A stretch of 62,584 nucleotides of DNA, filler included, from a bacterium (lineage in GTDB: Bacteria > JALSQH01): assembly GCA_027004335.1 (NCBI GenBank). It is 9 parts of 9 records of this genome, joined end to end, with 100 filler letters (N's around TTAATTAATTAA, not from the genome) between each part and the next. Parts side by side here need not be neighbours in the genome. Positions count along the whole stretch, not along the records: positions 16,586 to 24,738 come from JALTID010000181.1; positions 24,839 to 32,958 come from JALTID010000183.1; 7 more parts are not named here. One strand, given 5' to 3'. Position 1 is the first letter of the stretch, and every line of letters begins with the position of its first letter. The translations under genes were made by a program, and so were the position numbers. Positions 20,605-30,700 of this stretch are shown piece after piece. Under the pieces are notes generated by a model that searched no databases, was not told where the DNA came from, and was given only the letters and a program-made list of their open reading frames with translations.

Positions 20605-20907
20605 ATATTAACTCTTTACGAATCCTCTCCTTCACAGATTTTATCCTGATTGATTCAATTCCATCCGGTGTTACAAGATCAACCTCTCTTACAAATAATC
20701 CTTCAAGAAATTCTGCAAGTCCACCAAAATCCCTGAATCCCCCTCTTCCCTCCTCAAATTCAACAACAAGGTCAATGTCACTATCTTCTTTTATTTCATC
20801 TCTAACAGCTGAGCTAAAGATTCCTATTTTTTTACTCCAAACTTTTTTATTTCCTCTATGTTCTCGGAAATCAGCTTCAAAATTTCTGTTTTGCTAATTT
20901 TCTTCAT
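20597..20907 (-). pseudogene. Frameshifted minimal nucleotidyltransferase (MntA-type antitoxin)
   Basis: MKKISKTEILKLISENIEEIKKFGVKK, then a frameshift at an A7 run (20827-20833), then IGIFSSAVRDEIKEDSDIDLVVEF...EVDLVT...IRKELIYV*; GS motif reads SS. Confidence 0.85.
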
Positions 20908-22172
20908 AGCACTTTATCTTTAACTATTATGAATTTCTTCTTCCCTTCAAGTTTCCACCCTATAAATGGTGAATTCTTGCTTTTGGAGAGGATCATACCC
21001 TCTGTGAAGGTGTATTTTTCCATGTTGAAAACTGTAATATATGCAGGTTCGCCAACTTTAATGCTCCCCCCTGGAATATTTAGAATCCTCGCCGGATTGT
21101 ATGCCAGTTTTTTAAACAATTCTGGTAGAGTAAGAATATTCTCCTTCCATAACCTGAGGGATAGCGGAAGTAAAGTCTGAAGCCCAATTATCCCAAAGGG
21201 AGCCTTATCAAACTCCACTTCCTTGTCACTTTTGGAATGGGGTGCGTGATCAGTAACAATTGCATCAATGGTACCATCTGCAAGGCCTTTATATAGGGCG
21301 TCTATATCTTCTTCTGTTCTAAGAGGAGGATTCATCTTAAAATTTGTATTATAACCCGCTTTGTAAAGGTCCTCTTCTGTAAGAGTAAGATGGTGTATGG
21401 CAGCTTCAGCAGTAACCGGAATTCCTCTCTTTTTCGCCCATCTTATAATTTCAACACTTCCCTTCGTACTTACATGACAGATATGAAGTTTTCCCCCCGT
21501 GTAACCTGCTAAAAGAACATCCCTGGCTATCATAGCTTCTTCTGCAGTGGAGGGAATTCCAGGTAACCCCATCAAAGTGGAAATTCTTCCCTCATTTATT
21601 ACTCCATCCCCTGAGAGATTTTTATCCTCTTCATGGGCGATAATGGGTTTATCAAAAAGGGAGGCATACTCAAGAGCCCTTCTCATCACTTCGGCATTTT
21701 CAACAGGTAAACCATCATCAGAAAAACCAACAGCTCCTGCTTCAGCAAGAAGTCCCATCTCGGTGAGAGTTTCCCCCTTCTGTCCCATGGTTATAGCTGC
21801 AATAGGGTATAGCTCAGCAAGGAATAGGGCTTCTGCTTTTTCTATCATATATTCTGTAACAGAGATATTATCATTAACCGGGTTTGTATTGGGCATGGCT
21901 GCAACTCTGGTAACCCCACCTTCCACTGCTGCCCGGAGCCCTGTATTTATGTCTTCCTTGTATTCATACCCTGGGTCCCTGAGATGAACATGCATATCAA
22001 AAATACCTGGAGCTACATAGCAATCTGAAGCATCCAAAATCTCCCATGAATTGTCTGGCTCTTTCTCTGAAACCTCAACTATTTTCCCATCTTCTATGAA
22101 TAGATTTTTTTGAAGAATAGATCCCTTTTCTACATCAATGATTTTCCCGTTAACTACTGCTAATTTCTTCAT
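20904..22172 (-). CDS. pyrC: Dihydroorotase
   Basis: DMHVHLRDPG, MPNTNP, FSDDG, KMNPPLR, TDHAPH. Confidence 0.95.
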   Translation of the reverse strand: MKKLAVVNGKIIDVEKGSILQKNLFIEDGKIVEVSEKEPDNSWEILDASDCYVAPGIFDMHVHLRDPGYEYKEDINTGLRAAVEGGVTRVAAMPNTNPVNDNISVTEYMIEKAEALFLAELYPIAAITMGQKGETLTEMGLLAEAGAVGFSDDGLPVENAEVMRRALEYASLFDKPIIAHEEDKNLSGDGVINEGRISTLMGLPGIPSTAEEAMIARDVLLAGYTGGKLHICHVSTKGSVEIIRWAKKRGIPVTAEAAIHHLTLTEEDLYKAGYNTNFKMNPPLRTEEDIDALYKGLADGTIDAIVTDHAPHSKSDKEVEFDKAPFGIIGLQTLLPLSLRLWKENILTLPELFKKLAYNPARILNIPGGSIKVGEPAYITVFNMEKYTFTEGMILSKSKNSPFIGWKLEGKKKFIIVKDKVL

Positions 22173-23094
22173 ATTTCCCTTCTCCAATTAGTGTATAAAG
22201 TATTGCCATTCTTACTGCTACACCATTGGTTACCTGATTAAAAATAACTGATCTATCACCATAGACAAGTTCCTGAGTTAATTCCACCTCCCAGTTAACC
22301 GGGCCAGGGTGCATTATGATGGCATCAGACTTAAGCATATCAAGTTTCCTGTGGCTCAATCCATAAAAGCGCGCATATTCTCTTATAGATGGTATCAACA
22401 AAGCAGCCTGCCTCTCCCTCTGGATCCGCAACATCATCAACGCATCTGCATCTTTTACCGCTTCCTCTAAGGTTTTAGCAATTTTAACTTTATATGGAGA
22501 AACATCATGAAACATCACTGTACGAGGGCCAAAAAGGGTGATCTCTGTATCAAACTTTGATAATCCAAGGATATCCGACCTCGCCACTCTGCTGTGGGAA
22601 ATATCCCCCATGATGGTTATTTTCAGACCATCAAGAGTTCCTTTGTACTCCCTTATGGTAAAAAGATTAAGCAAGCCCTGGGAGGGGTGCTCATTTATTC
22701 CGTCACCGGCATTTACAACGGGAACAGGTACCCTTTCAGCAATAAAAAATGGGGCTCCGCTGCTTTTGTGCCGCATAACTATCGCATCTGGGCCCATTGC
22801 AAGAATATTTTTAACTGTGTCAAGGAGAGTTTCTCCCTTGGAAATACTGCTTCCAGAAGCGGAGAAATTTATGGTATCTGCTCCAAGATATTTTGCAGCC
22901 AGGTCAAAACTGGTTCGGGTTCTCGTACTGGGCTCAAAAAAAAGATTTGCTATTACCTTACCCCTGAGTACAGGAACTTTTTTTACTGGCCGCTGCATAA
23001 TTTTTTTCATCTCTGTTGCAAGATCAAGAATCTCCTCAACATCTTCCCGTGAAAGGGGACCCAAAGAAACAAGATCTTTTCCTGGTACTCCCAT
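22150..23094 (-). CDS. pyrB: Aspartate carbamoyltransferase catalytic subunit
   Basis: FFEPSTRTRTSF, NAGDG.NEHPSQ, HSRVARS, LRIQRER, MHPGP. Confidence 0.96.
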   Translation of the reverse strand: MGVPGKDLVSLGPLSREDVEEILDLATEMKKIMQRPVKKVPVLRGKVIANLFFEPSTRTRTSFDLAAKYLGADTINFSASGSSISKGETLLDTVKNILAMGPDAIVMRHKSSGAPFFIAERVPVPVVNAGDGINEHPSQGLLNLFTIREYKGTLDGLKITIMGDISHSRVARSDILGLSKFDTEITLFGPRTVMFHDVSPYKVKIAKTLEEAVKDADALMMLRIQRERQAALLIPSIREYARFYGLSHRKLDMLKSDAIIMHPGPVNWEVELTQELVYGDRSVIFNQVTNGVAVRMAILYTLIGEGKYEEISSS

Positions 23095-23654
23095 TATTTT
23101 TTCCTCCAGATAATTACCCTATCTACACCATCCACTTCCTTCAATTCCACAAGAACTGCGTCTTCCCTCTCCGTCTCCACTCTAAAACCAGCATAATCAG
23201 GCTGGATAGGTAATTCCCTGTGGCCTCTGTCAACTAAAACTGCTAATTCAACTCCAGCAGGCCTGCCATAATCAAAAACAATGTCCAGAGCTGCTCTTGT
23301 GGTTCTACCTGTAAAAATTACATCATCAACAATAATAACCTGCTCCCCTGTAAGGTCATTCATAGGGATCTTGCTTCCCTGAACCTGTGGCCAGTGATGT
23401 CTGTGTGCAAGATCATCCCTGTAGAAGGTTACATCAATGGTACCAATTGAAATTTCAGCTTCTTTTGCTTCCAGACTATTCTTTATTCTTTCAGCAATAT
23501 AGATTCCTCTGGTTCTTATACCCAGAAGAATCATTCTTTTATCATTACTGTGTCTGGAAAAAATTTCACCTGCGATTTCTTTGATTAAATCTGAGAGCTC
23601 CGAGGCACCCAGAAGAACTTCTTCTTCGTACCCTTCAGGTATCTTTGACTCCAT
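23094..23654 (-). CDS. pyrR: PyrR, pyrimidine regulator/uracil phosphoribosyltransferase
   Basis: GIRTRG, D.TFYRDD, VDDV.FTGRT, LVDRGHRELPI; GGAGG before ATG 23654. Confidence 0.93.
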   Translation of the reverse strand: MESKIPEGYEEEVLLGASELSDLIKEIAGEIFSRHSNDKRMILLGIRTRGIYIAERIKNSLEAKEAEISIGTIDVTFYRDDLAHRHHWPQVQGSKIPMNDLTGEQVIIVDDVIFTGRTTRAALDIVFDYGRPAGVELAVLVDRGHRELPIQPDYAGFRVETEREDAVLVELKEVDGVDRVIIWRKK

Positions 23655-23669
23655 ATTCAGCCTCCATAC

Positions 23670-23698
23670 AGGATAGCACAAAGGAGGGGTGATGTCAA
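23670..23698 (-). promoter_or_regulatory. Sigma70-type promoter of the pyr operon
   Basis: TTGACA-17 nt-TATCCT with TG extension on the minus strand. Confidence 0.65.
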
Positions 23699-23718
23699 AA
23701 AAGAAGTAAAAGAGAAAA

Positions 23719-24417
23719 CTATTCCAGGGAAAAATTTATACCTGCAATAATACCTAAAAAATTATCTGCCATCACTTCACCATTAAGAATATAGAAGGGC
23801 TTATTAAAAACCACCAGTGCCATGAAGCCATCGGGATCATAATAACCAAATCCTCCTTCAACCGTAACTCCACCCTTCTGCTGAGCAGCAATATATTCAT
23901 ATTGAGTTTGACCGTTACTTACCACTATACCATCCTTTTCCTGTTTATATTTATCGATTATCCACAAACCCGGTTTTACACTTATCCATCCCATTACCTT
24001 ATTTTTTAAATAAGTCATACTAATAGGCACCTCAATCAATTCATTAAAAGGGATCTGTTCTTCATCACTTGAACTATCTTTTTCGGCAGTAATTCTCATT
24101 CCCTTTTTCTGTTCACCATGGTAATTAATTCCTGTGGATAAATCAATACTTCTGAGGCGTGCAAATTTGAAAATATAGCTTCCACCAAACTCTCTCTCTC
24201 CAAGATCAAAAGAGAGCCTGTGGCCTTTAGCTGGAGAAAAAGAAATATACAAACGGTATGGGACATAAAAATATCCTATTATACCTGTTGAGACAAAAGG
24301 CTTATCTCCTCTTGAAAAGTCAAGAACATTTTGATCATAAACACTCATTGTTGCACAACTACTAAAATAGGTAAGTGAAAAAAAGATGATCAAATAAATA
24401 AAAAGAAATTTCTTCAT
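23719..24417 (-). CDS. Hypothetical lipoprotein, possibly outer-membrane
   Basis: MKKFLF signal with FSSC lipobox; aromatic/Gly alternating segments; AAGGGG RBS. Confidence 0.65.
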   Translation of the reverse strand: MKKFLFIYLIIFFSLTYFSSCATMSVYDQNVLDFSRGDKPFVSTGIIGYFYVPYRLYISFSPAKGHRLSFDLGEREFGGSYIFKFARLRSIDLSTGINYHGEQKKGMRITAEKDSSSDEEQIPFNELIEVPISMTYLKNKVMGWISVKPGLWIIDKYKQEKDGIVVSNGQTQYEYIAAQQKGGVTVEGGFGYYDPDGFMALVVFNKPFYILNGEVMADNFLGIIAGINFSLE

Positions 24418-24440
24418 TTTTTCCCCTTTTTTAATAATTA

Positions 24441-24458
24441 TAGCAGAAAAAGTGCCCT
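24441..24458 (-). promoter_or_regulatory. Putative sigma54 (-24/-12) promoter
   Basis: AGGGCACTTTTTCTGCTA (GG-N10-GC) about 25 nt upstream of the ATG; overlaps TGCTATAAT. Confidence 0.45.
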
Positions 24459-24586
24459 GAGAAAAAATCCGCATTTCCTCCAACCAGCTCCGACGTTACT
24501 ATGTACCCTAACCCATTTTATATTTTTGGTCTCACACCTTGTAATCTTACTAATAATTCATAAACTTTATAAAAAGGAAATATACC

Positions 24587-24738
24587 ATGTTTGACCTGAA
24601 ACATCCACACAATTCATTCTTTAAACATTTGATGGGTAATCCTCAAAATGTAAAAGATTTCATAGAGGCATTCTTGCCAGAGGAAATTGTAAGGAATCTT
24701 GACCTTGAGAATCTAAAGATAATTGACACAGAGAAGAT
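24587..24738 (+). CDS. Rpn/YhgA-like recombination-promoting nuclease (putative transposase), 3' truncated
   Basis: PHNSFFKHLMGNP..VKDFIEAFLPEEIVRNLDLENL is typical of the Transposase_31 N-terminus. Confidence 0.8.
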
Positions 24739-24838
24739 NNNNNNNNNNNNNNNNNNNNNNNNNNNNNNNNNNNNNNNNNNNNTTAATTAATTAANNNNNN
24801 NNNNNNNNNNNNNNNNNNNNNNNNNNNNNNNNNNNNNN
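24739..24838. other. Artificial contig linker
   Basis: N44-TTAATTAATTAA-N44. Confidence 0.99.
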
Positions 24839-25190
24839 TGACAATTGCATCTGAATTTTGCTGCCTGAAATCGTTAATTTCTGCCCTCGTTACCGGTTGC
24901 TTAAGAGCAATAATTGCTAAAACTTCAAGAGCGGCCTTACTTAATTTTATTTTTTTTACACCCTGAATCCTTCTAATCCAGTAGGAATACTCCTCATCTG
25001 TGACGAAATGATAACCTGTTTGAAGTTTCACAATCTTCACTCCCCTCCCCCTGTATTCTTCCACAAGCTCCCCAAGAAGGAGTTCTATTTCTTCGGGAGT
25101 CCTCTCTGTAATTCTACTTAAGTCCTTGAGAGAAAGTGGATATGGAGAAGAAAACAAAATAGCTTCAATAACCTGCTTTAATTCAGCCAC
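24839..25190 (-). CDS. scpB: SMC-Scp complex subunit ScpB (3' truncated)
   Basis: IEAILF, LSKAALEVLAIIA.KQPVTRAEI..R; GTG start after GAGG. Confidence 0.93.
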
Positions 25191-25935
25191 TGAGATCCTC
25201 AATCCCTTTACAGTATTTTATTTTAGGCGTGGAAAACACAAGAATGTCACTTTCATAATCTTCCTGGAGAATTTTCAATGCTCCTCTCTTGGTTAATTCA
25301 AGAACAGCAAGAAAAATCTCAAGCACATCTCTAACCGATGGAGGTTCCGGGAGGAGAGATGAAAAGAAGGCTGAATTTTTCCTGCGGAAAAATTCTATTA
25401 ACCACAAGAGCCTCCTCTTTATATCAAGTGCTTCAGAAACAACAACATTTCCACTATCATTATCCTCTTTGAATCTTTTCATCATCCTTTCCACTGCCAT
25501 AACAATGTCATATATTCCATGGTCATAAGATTCTGTATAGCCAGCCTGGGCTTTCCATGAAGGGAAAATATCCCAGTAAAGTTTAACCCTTTTACCTATG
25601 TCATCAGCTATTTTCTTCACCTTACCATAAAATTCAAGCAATTCCCCAACTTCTTCCTGAGACAGAACAATTTCTTCATCATCATCTTCTCTGTGTGGGA
25701 AAAGCAACCTCGTTTTTACCCTGATCAACTTTGCTGCCATAAGCATATAATGACCTTCCACAGCAAGGTCCACCTCCTCTGAATTAATCCCCTTCAAATA
25801 ATCAAGATACTGATTAATCACCTCCAGAAGAGGTAACTGTTTTATATCATATTTATTTTTCTGAATTATAAAGAGTAAGATATCAAGAGGTCCTTCAAAA
25901 TCCCTTAAATTGAGCTTAAATCTCTTTTCATTCAT
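25183..25935 (-). CDS. scpA: Segregation/condensation protein ScpA
   Basis: FEGPLDILL, QYLDYL, FLAVLEL. Confidence 0.92.
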   Translation of the reverse strand: MNEKRFKLNLRDFEGPLDILLFIIQKNKYDIKQLPLLEVINQYLDYLKGINSEEVDLAVEGHYMLMAAKLIRVKTRLLFPHREDDDEEIVLSQEEVGELLEFYGKVKKIADDIGKRVKLYWDIFPSWKAQAGYTESYDHGIYDIVMAVERMMKRFKEDNDSGNVVVSEALDIKRRLLWLIEFFRRKNSAFFSSLLPEPPSVRDVLEIFLAVLELTKRGALKILQEDYESDILVFSTPKIKYCKGIEDLSG

Positions 25936-26918
25936 AAATCAATCACCGAGACTGCTTTTCTAACTTCCTCCATGGTACTTGAAGCAACTTCCCGTGCTTT
26001 TTTCCCTCCCTCTTTTATTATATCAACCAGAGTGTCTTTATCTGCAAGTAACTGGTTCCTCTTTTCTCTAACAGGACCAAGGACTTCTTCAATTTTCTCA
26101 AAAAGCCTTAATTTGCATTCCACACATCCTATGGAGCCTTTTTTACAATTAGTTTCTATCTCCCTCACTTCTTCAGCGGAAGAGAACAATTTGTGATAAT
26201 GAAAAACATTGCATATCTCTGGATGACCAGGATCATTCTTCCTTACTCTTGCCGGATCAGTAACAGCATTTAAAATTTTCTCCCTCACCACTTCAGAAGG
26301 ATCAGATAAGAAGATGGCATTATTATATGACTTGCTCATTTTTCTTCCATCAAGCCCTTTAACTCTGGCTGCATCATTTATAAGCTCCTGAGGTTCCACA
26401 AATACCTCTCTCTTAAAAATATAATGGAATCTTCTAACAATTTCACGGGCAAGTTCAATATGAGGTACCTGATCCTCACCAACTGGAACATATTTTGCTT
26501 TATAAATTATTATATCCGCTGTTTGCAAGAGAGGATAGCCCAGAAATCCATAGGTATTCAAATCCTTTTTGAGTTGAGCTTTAAGTTCCTTATAGGAGGG
26601 AACTCTTTCAAGCCACGCAAGAGGTGTTATCATTGAGAGAATAAGATGAAGTTCTGCATGCTCTTTTATTTGAGACTGAATAAAAAGAACACTTTTCTCT
26701 GGATTAAGCCCTGCAGCAAGCCATTCTGCAATAATTTCAAAGCTGTAATCTTTAAGAGAAAAAATATTGTCATATTCAGTAGTTATAGCATGCCAATCAG
26801 CAATGAAATAAAAACATCTGTACTTTTCCTGCAAATTTACCCAGTTTTCAAGCACCCCCTTCAGATGGCCAATATGAAGGTTGCCAGTTGGCCTCATGCC
26901 ACTGAGAACTACATCCAT
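25932..26918 (-). CDS. trpS: Tryptophanyl-tRNA synthetase
   Basis: SGMRPTG.LHIGH (HIGH), YPLLQTADI, VPVGEDQ, KMSKS. Confidence 0.97.
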   Translation of the reverse strand: MDVVLSGMRPTGNLHIGHLKGVLENWVNLQEKYRCFYFIADWHAITTEYDNIFSLKDYSFEIIAEWLAAGLNPEKSVLFIQSQIKEHAELHLILSMITPLAWLERVPSYKELKAQLKKDLNTYGFLGYPLLQTADIIIYKAKYVPVGEDQVPHIELAREIVRRFHYIFKREVFVEPQELINDAARVKGLDGRKMSKSYNNAIFLSDPSEVVREKILNAVTDPARVRKNDPGHPEICNVFHYHKLFSSAEEVREIETNCKKGSIGCVECKLRLFEKIEEVLGPVREKRNQLLADKDTLVDIIKEGGKKAREVASSTMEEVRKAVSVIDL

Positions 26919-26928
26919 TTTAACATCC

Positions 26929-27633
26929 TCAAAGCAAAATTGACAAAACAAGATATACGAGAGGATTAATTAACTTTGCAATAAGACCTGGAATAAGAAA
27001 AATAATCAAAATTAAAATTGTCATTCCATATGGTTCAAGTTTCACAAAAAATCTTGCCACAGATGGTGGTCCAAACCCCACAACTATTCTACTACCATCA
27101 AGAGGGGGAAAGGGTATCAGGTTGAAAAAAGCAAGAAATAAGTTGATAATTACACCAAAAAAAGCCATTTGAGTTAATGGCAAAAGAACTTTTACCATCA
27201 CAGGCGCATCGGAGAGATTAACAAAACTGGGCATCCGCAGGTAATAAGCAAGGGAAGGAGCAGCAATAAGGAAAAATTTAATGAAAAAAGCGTAAATGAT
27301 GGCCTGCAAAAAATTCATACCTGGACCTGCCGCTGCGACATAAGCCATATCTCTTTTGGGATTTTTTAAAAGAAAAAAGTTCACAGGTACGGGCTTTGCC
27401 CAACCGAAAAAAATTCTTCCAGTAAAAATTAATTCAAAAATTGGCAATACAACAGTACCAACTGGATCCACATGTTTGATAGGGTTGAGATTTAACCTCC
27501 CGGCAGCCTTTGCAGTAGGATCCCCTCTCTTATAGGCAACCCACCCGTGGGCTATTTCGTGCAAAACAACTGCAAAAAGAAGTGGAACCCCATACAGAAA
27601 GAGTTCAACAAGGAATTTTCCAACTGAATTCAT
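26929..27633 (-). CDS. Site-2 protease family (M50) metalloprotease
   Basis: HEIAH, GWAKPVP, AGP, FNLIPFPPLDG. Confidence 0.92.
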   Translation of the reverse strand: MNSVGKFLVELFLYGVPLLFAVVLHEIAHGWVAYKRGDPTAKAAGRLNLNPIKHVDPVGTVVLPIFELIFTGRIFFGWAKPVPVNFFLLKNPKRDMAYVAAAGPGMNFLQAIIYAFFIKFFLIAAPSLAYYLRMPSFVNLSDAPVMVKVLLPLTQMAFFGVIINLFLAFFNLIPFPPLDGSRIVVGFGPPSVARFFVKLEPYGMTILILIIFLIPGLIAKLINPLVYLVLSILL

Positions 27634-27673
27634 AATAATTAGAATAACGATAAAACAAAATCAGTCAATAGAG

Positions 27674-27683
27674 NNNNNNNNNN
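27674..27683. other. Intra-scaffold assembly gap (10 N)
   Basis: Ten Ns with no stop-codon linker. Confidence 0.95.
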
Positions 27684-27789
27684 TTATTTTACAATTTTTG
27701 TGCCACAAACGACCTGGATTCCTCTGAACTTTCAAGATTAAAATAAAAATTATTATCAAAAAACATGCTTACAAAATTTCTCATAAAGG

Positions 27790-30700
27790 TTAATACATCG
27801 GTGGATTTAACCCAATAAATCTAACAAAATATATTTTGTAAAGATTCCTATCATAACTTCCCGATCCAAGCATAGCATCATAATAAAAGGTACCCGGAGA
27901 ATTTTGATCTTCCTTCACAAAAGCGTTCATTACCGTAGATTGAAAGCCCTTGATATCACCAACAATCATAGGTTGTTCTGGTTTAGAAATATCAAATACA
28001 AACAATCCAACATTAGAAAGTGACACAAAAAGATATTGTGCTACCTTGTCAATTGAATTTATACTTCCTCCCCTATTCATCTCGGAAGGAGTTAGATAGT
28101 CATTCATATTAATACTTGAAATCTTATAAGGCGAGGTAGGAGAAAATATATCGTATATGAAAACATTTCTTGAAGTCGCAAGGATAAGAAAATTCCTATC
28201 AACATAATTATCAACAACTTCACTACCAAGCACCCGTGTCAACAATGTCATACGAGGAGGATTAGAAAAATCATAGGAATAAAGATAGCCTTCAATAGCA
28301 AGTAGGTTACTCCTGTCTTTTGCAACATATATTGGTGCGTTCTGAAAAAAACACGAATATGATCCGGATACTCTATGTGGAGACGAAAAATCACTAAGTC
28401 TTTTATAAAACAGTACAGGAGGAAGAGAAGAATCATTACAGAAAAATATAAAATTAGAATTATCCCCATCCAATCTCTTTATTTTGGAGGAACTCATCCA
28501 ACGAGAAACCAACTGGGGCTTCCTGAAATTCCTATAATCAAAAGAATAAATTCCATAATTATTTCCTGCCACATAAAGCATTCCTGTACCCCTGTCAAAA
28601 TAGACTCCTGTAGCTTCTCCATCTATATCAATATGGGAAATCACTTTGGGATGAGTAATCTTATTGATATCATAAAGGTCCACTCCACCATACCCTTTTG
28701 CCACAAAAACATATTCCCTTCCAAGATATTTGAATGGAGAAAACCCAAAGGGGATTCCTCCTATATTTAATTCCCTTTTGATCCGATAATCACTTCCAAT
28801 CAATGAAAGGCCCCTGTAATAATTAGCAGCCAGGGTGGCTTCACCAAGATTAATAATATCAGTAAACATATTATGTGGGCAATATCCACCATTTGTAGTA
28901 TAACAACTAGAAATAGCACCTGCATCGGTCCAGTTATCAATTTCAGAGACAAAGATTCTGTTATAATCATACCAATCAAAATCTGAAGGGAAAGGAAATA
29001 GTGGATTTAATACCGGCAGGAATCTTATTTCATTTCCTCCATAAGTATATGCATACGGCCACCTCACATATATTGGGTCCATAAAAAACCTATCACCCGA
29101 ATATTGTGTAAAGTGACCCTGTAATTCACAGGATCCTTCTAAAGAAACAGGAATCTCAAGGCATTTTTTGTTCAAAAACACAGGATTATCAGGATCTGTA
29201 ACATCAATTATGAATAAAGGAACTGTATGGTGATCCTGCGGTGTATCCCCACCATTATTTACTCCCGCAAAAAGAAGATCTGCCTTTTTATAACTTATAA
29301 TATAATACGCCCATGGATCCTCAACAAAATATTCTGGATAAAGATATACTCTTTTCCCATCAATAAAATGCCAGTAATTTCTTGGAACTTTCTCACCATT
29401 TCTATATAGAAAAGCGTCTTCAGTAGAAGTTACATGTGCAAAATATTTTACTCTCGCAACATAACCATTTTCTTCTTCATCATATCTAAAATTTAATGGC
29501 TCATCTGCTACCCAACCACCTCTTTCCAAATAAAGGGAATTAACCACCCAGTACCGCATATTGGGGAACCCACTAGGATCGGGATTCAGCGCGTTGGGCA
29601 CATAGGGAGGCACACCGAAAAATTGACCTTTTACACATGAATCATTTGAAGAGCAGGCAGAAAAATCATCTACAACATAACATGTGCTTTTACCGCTACA
29701 ATTATCAACCACTTCTTTCATGCTGACACTTACCATTCCATATTTATTAGCAGCTATAAAAAAGTGGTTTTTGTAATAAAGGACATCCATCACTTTTGAA
29801 CAAAAATGTGCTTGAGTATCAAAAGGACATATTCTCAACTCCTCCAAAAAAGGAAAAGGTAGACTGCTAAGCCGTTTACATCCACTGATAGAAAAACTCC
29901 TTAGATTAACCCCCCCACCTGGATTTCTAATTGAAAACCATGGTGCAGCAACAAAGGCTTTACCTTTATAACTTCCAAGGATAATATGGCCACGATAATT
30001 AGGAGCTCCCAGTGAGTAACCGTAAAAGATATTATAATCATAATGGTTACTTCCTTCATTGTAGATAATCACATTCGGGTGTTCTATCCCATTGGAAAAT
30101 TTGACCCCGGCTACCACATATGGCTCACCGGAACCTTCTCCTCCTCCTGCTAATAATAGACATTTATCACGATAAACCATACTCTTAACTCCACCTGAAT
30201 ATGAAGCACTGGAGAGGAGTACTCTAAATCGAGAGAGAAATATTATGTCTCCCCCTGAAACATCCTCAGAATAATATATGTCCACATTACCATATGACTC
30301 ACCAAGAAAAATTAAATAATATGGTTTAAGTCCTGTACCCTGTAATTCAGCAGGTAAAATTGATCTATCAGTAAATGGCCCTGTAATATACACCGAATAG
30401 GCAAAAGAGTCAAGATCAATTTGCGAAGTCAGAAATGATGGAGAAATGTAAACCCTTACACCAGTCCTGGCAGTGGCGGAGGCACCATCTGCATCATAAA
30501 CTTTAACAATAATTGTGTATTCCCCAACTCTTGTATAAGTCCATTCTATATCCAAAGAGGAGGGATTTGTCTTTTCATAGTCTACCTTACCATCTCCATC
30601 CATGTCATAGGTAACCTTCGCGATACCAGTTCCTGAAGAAGCATCAGGATCGATCGCCGTGACAAACAACATAACACTCATTTTCCCATTTACAAGTTTG

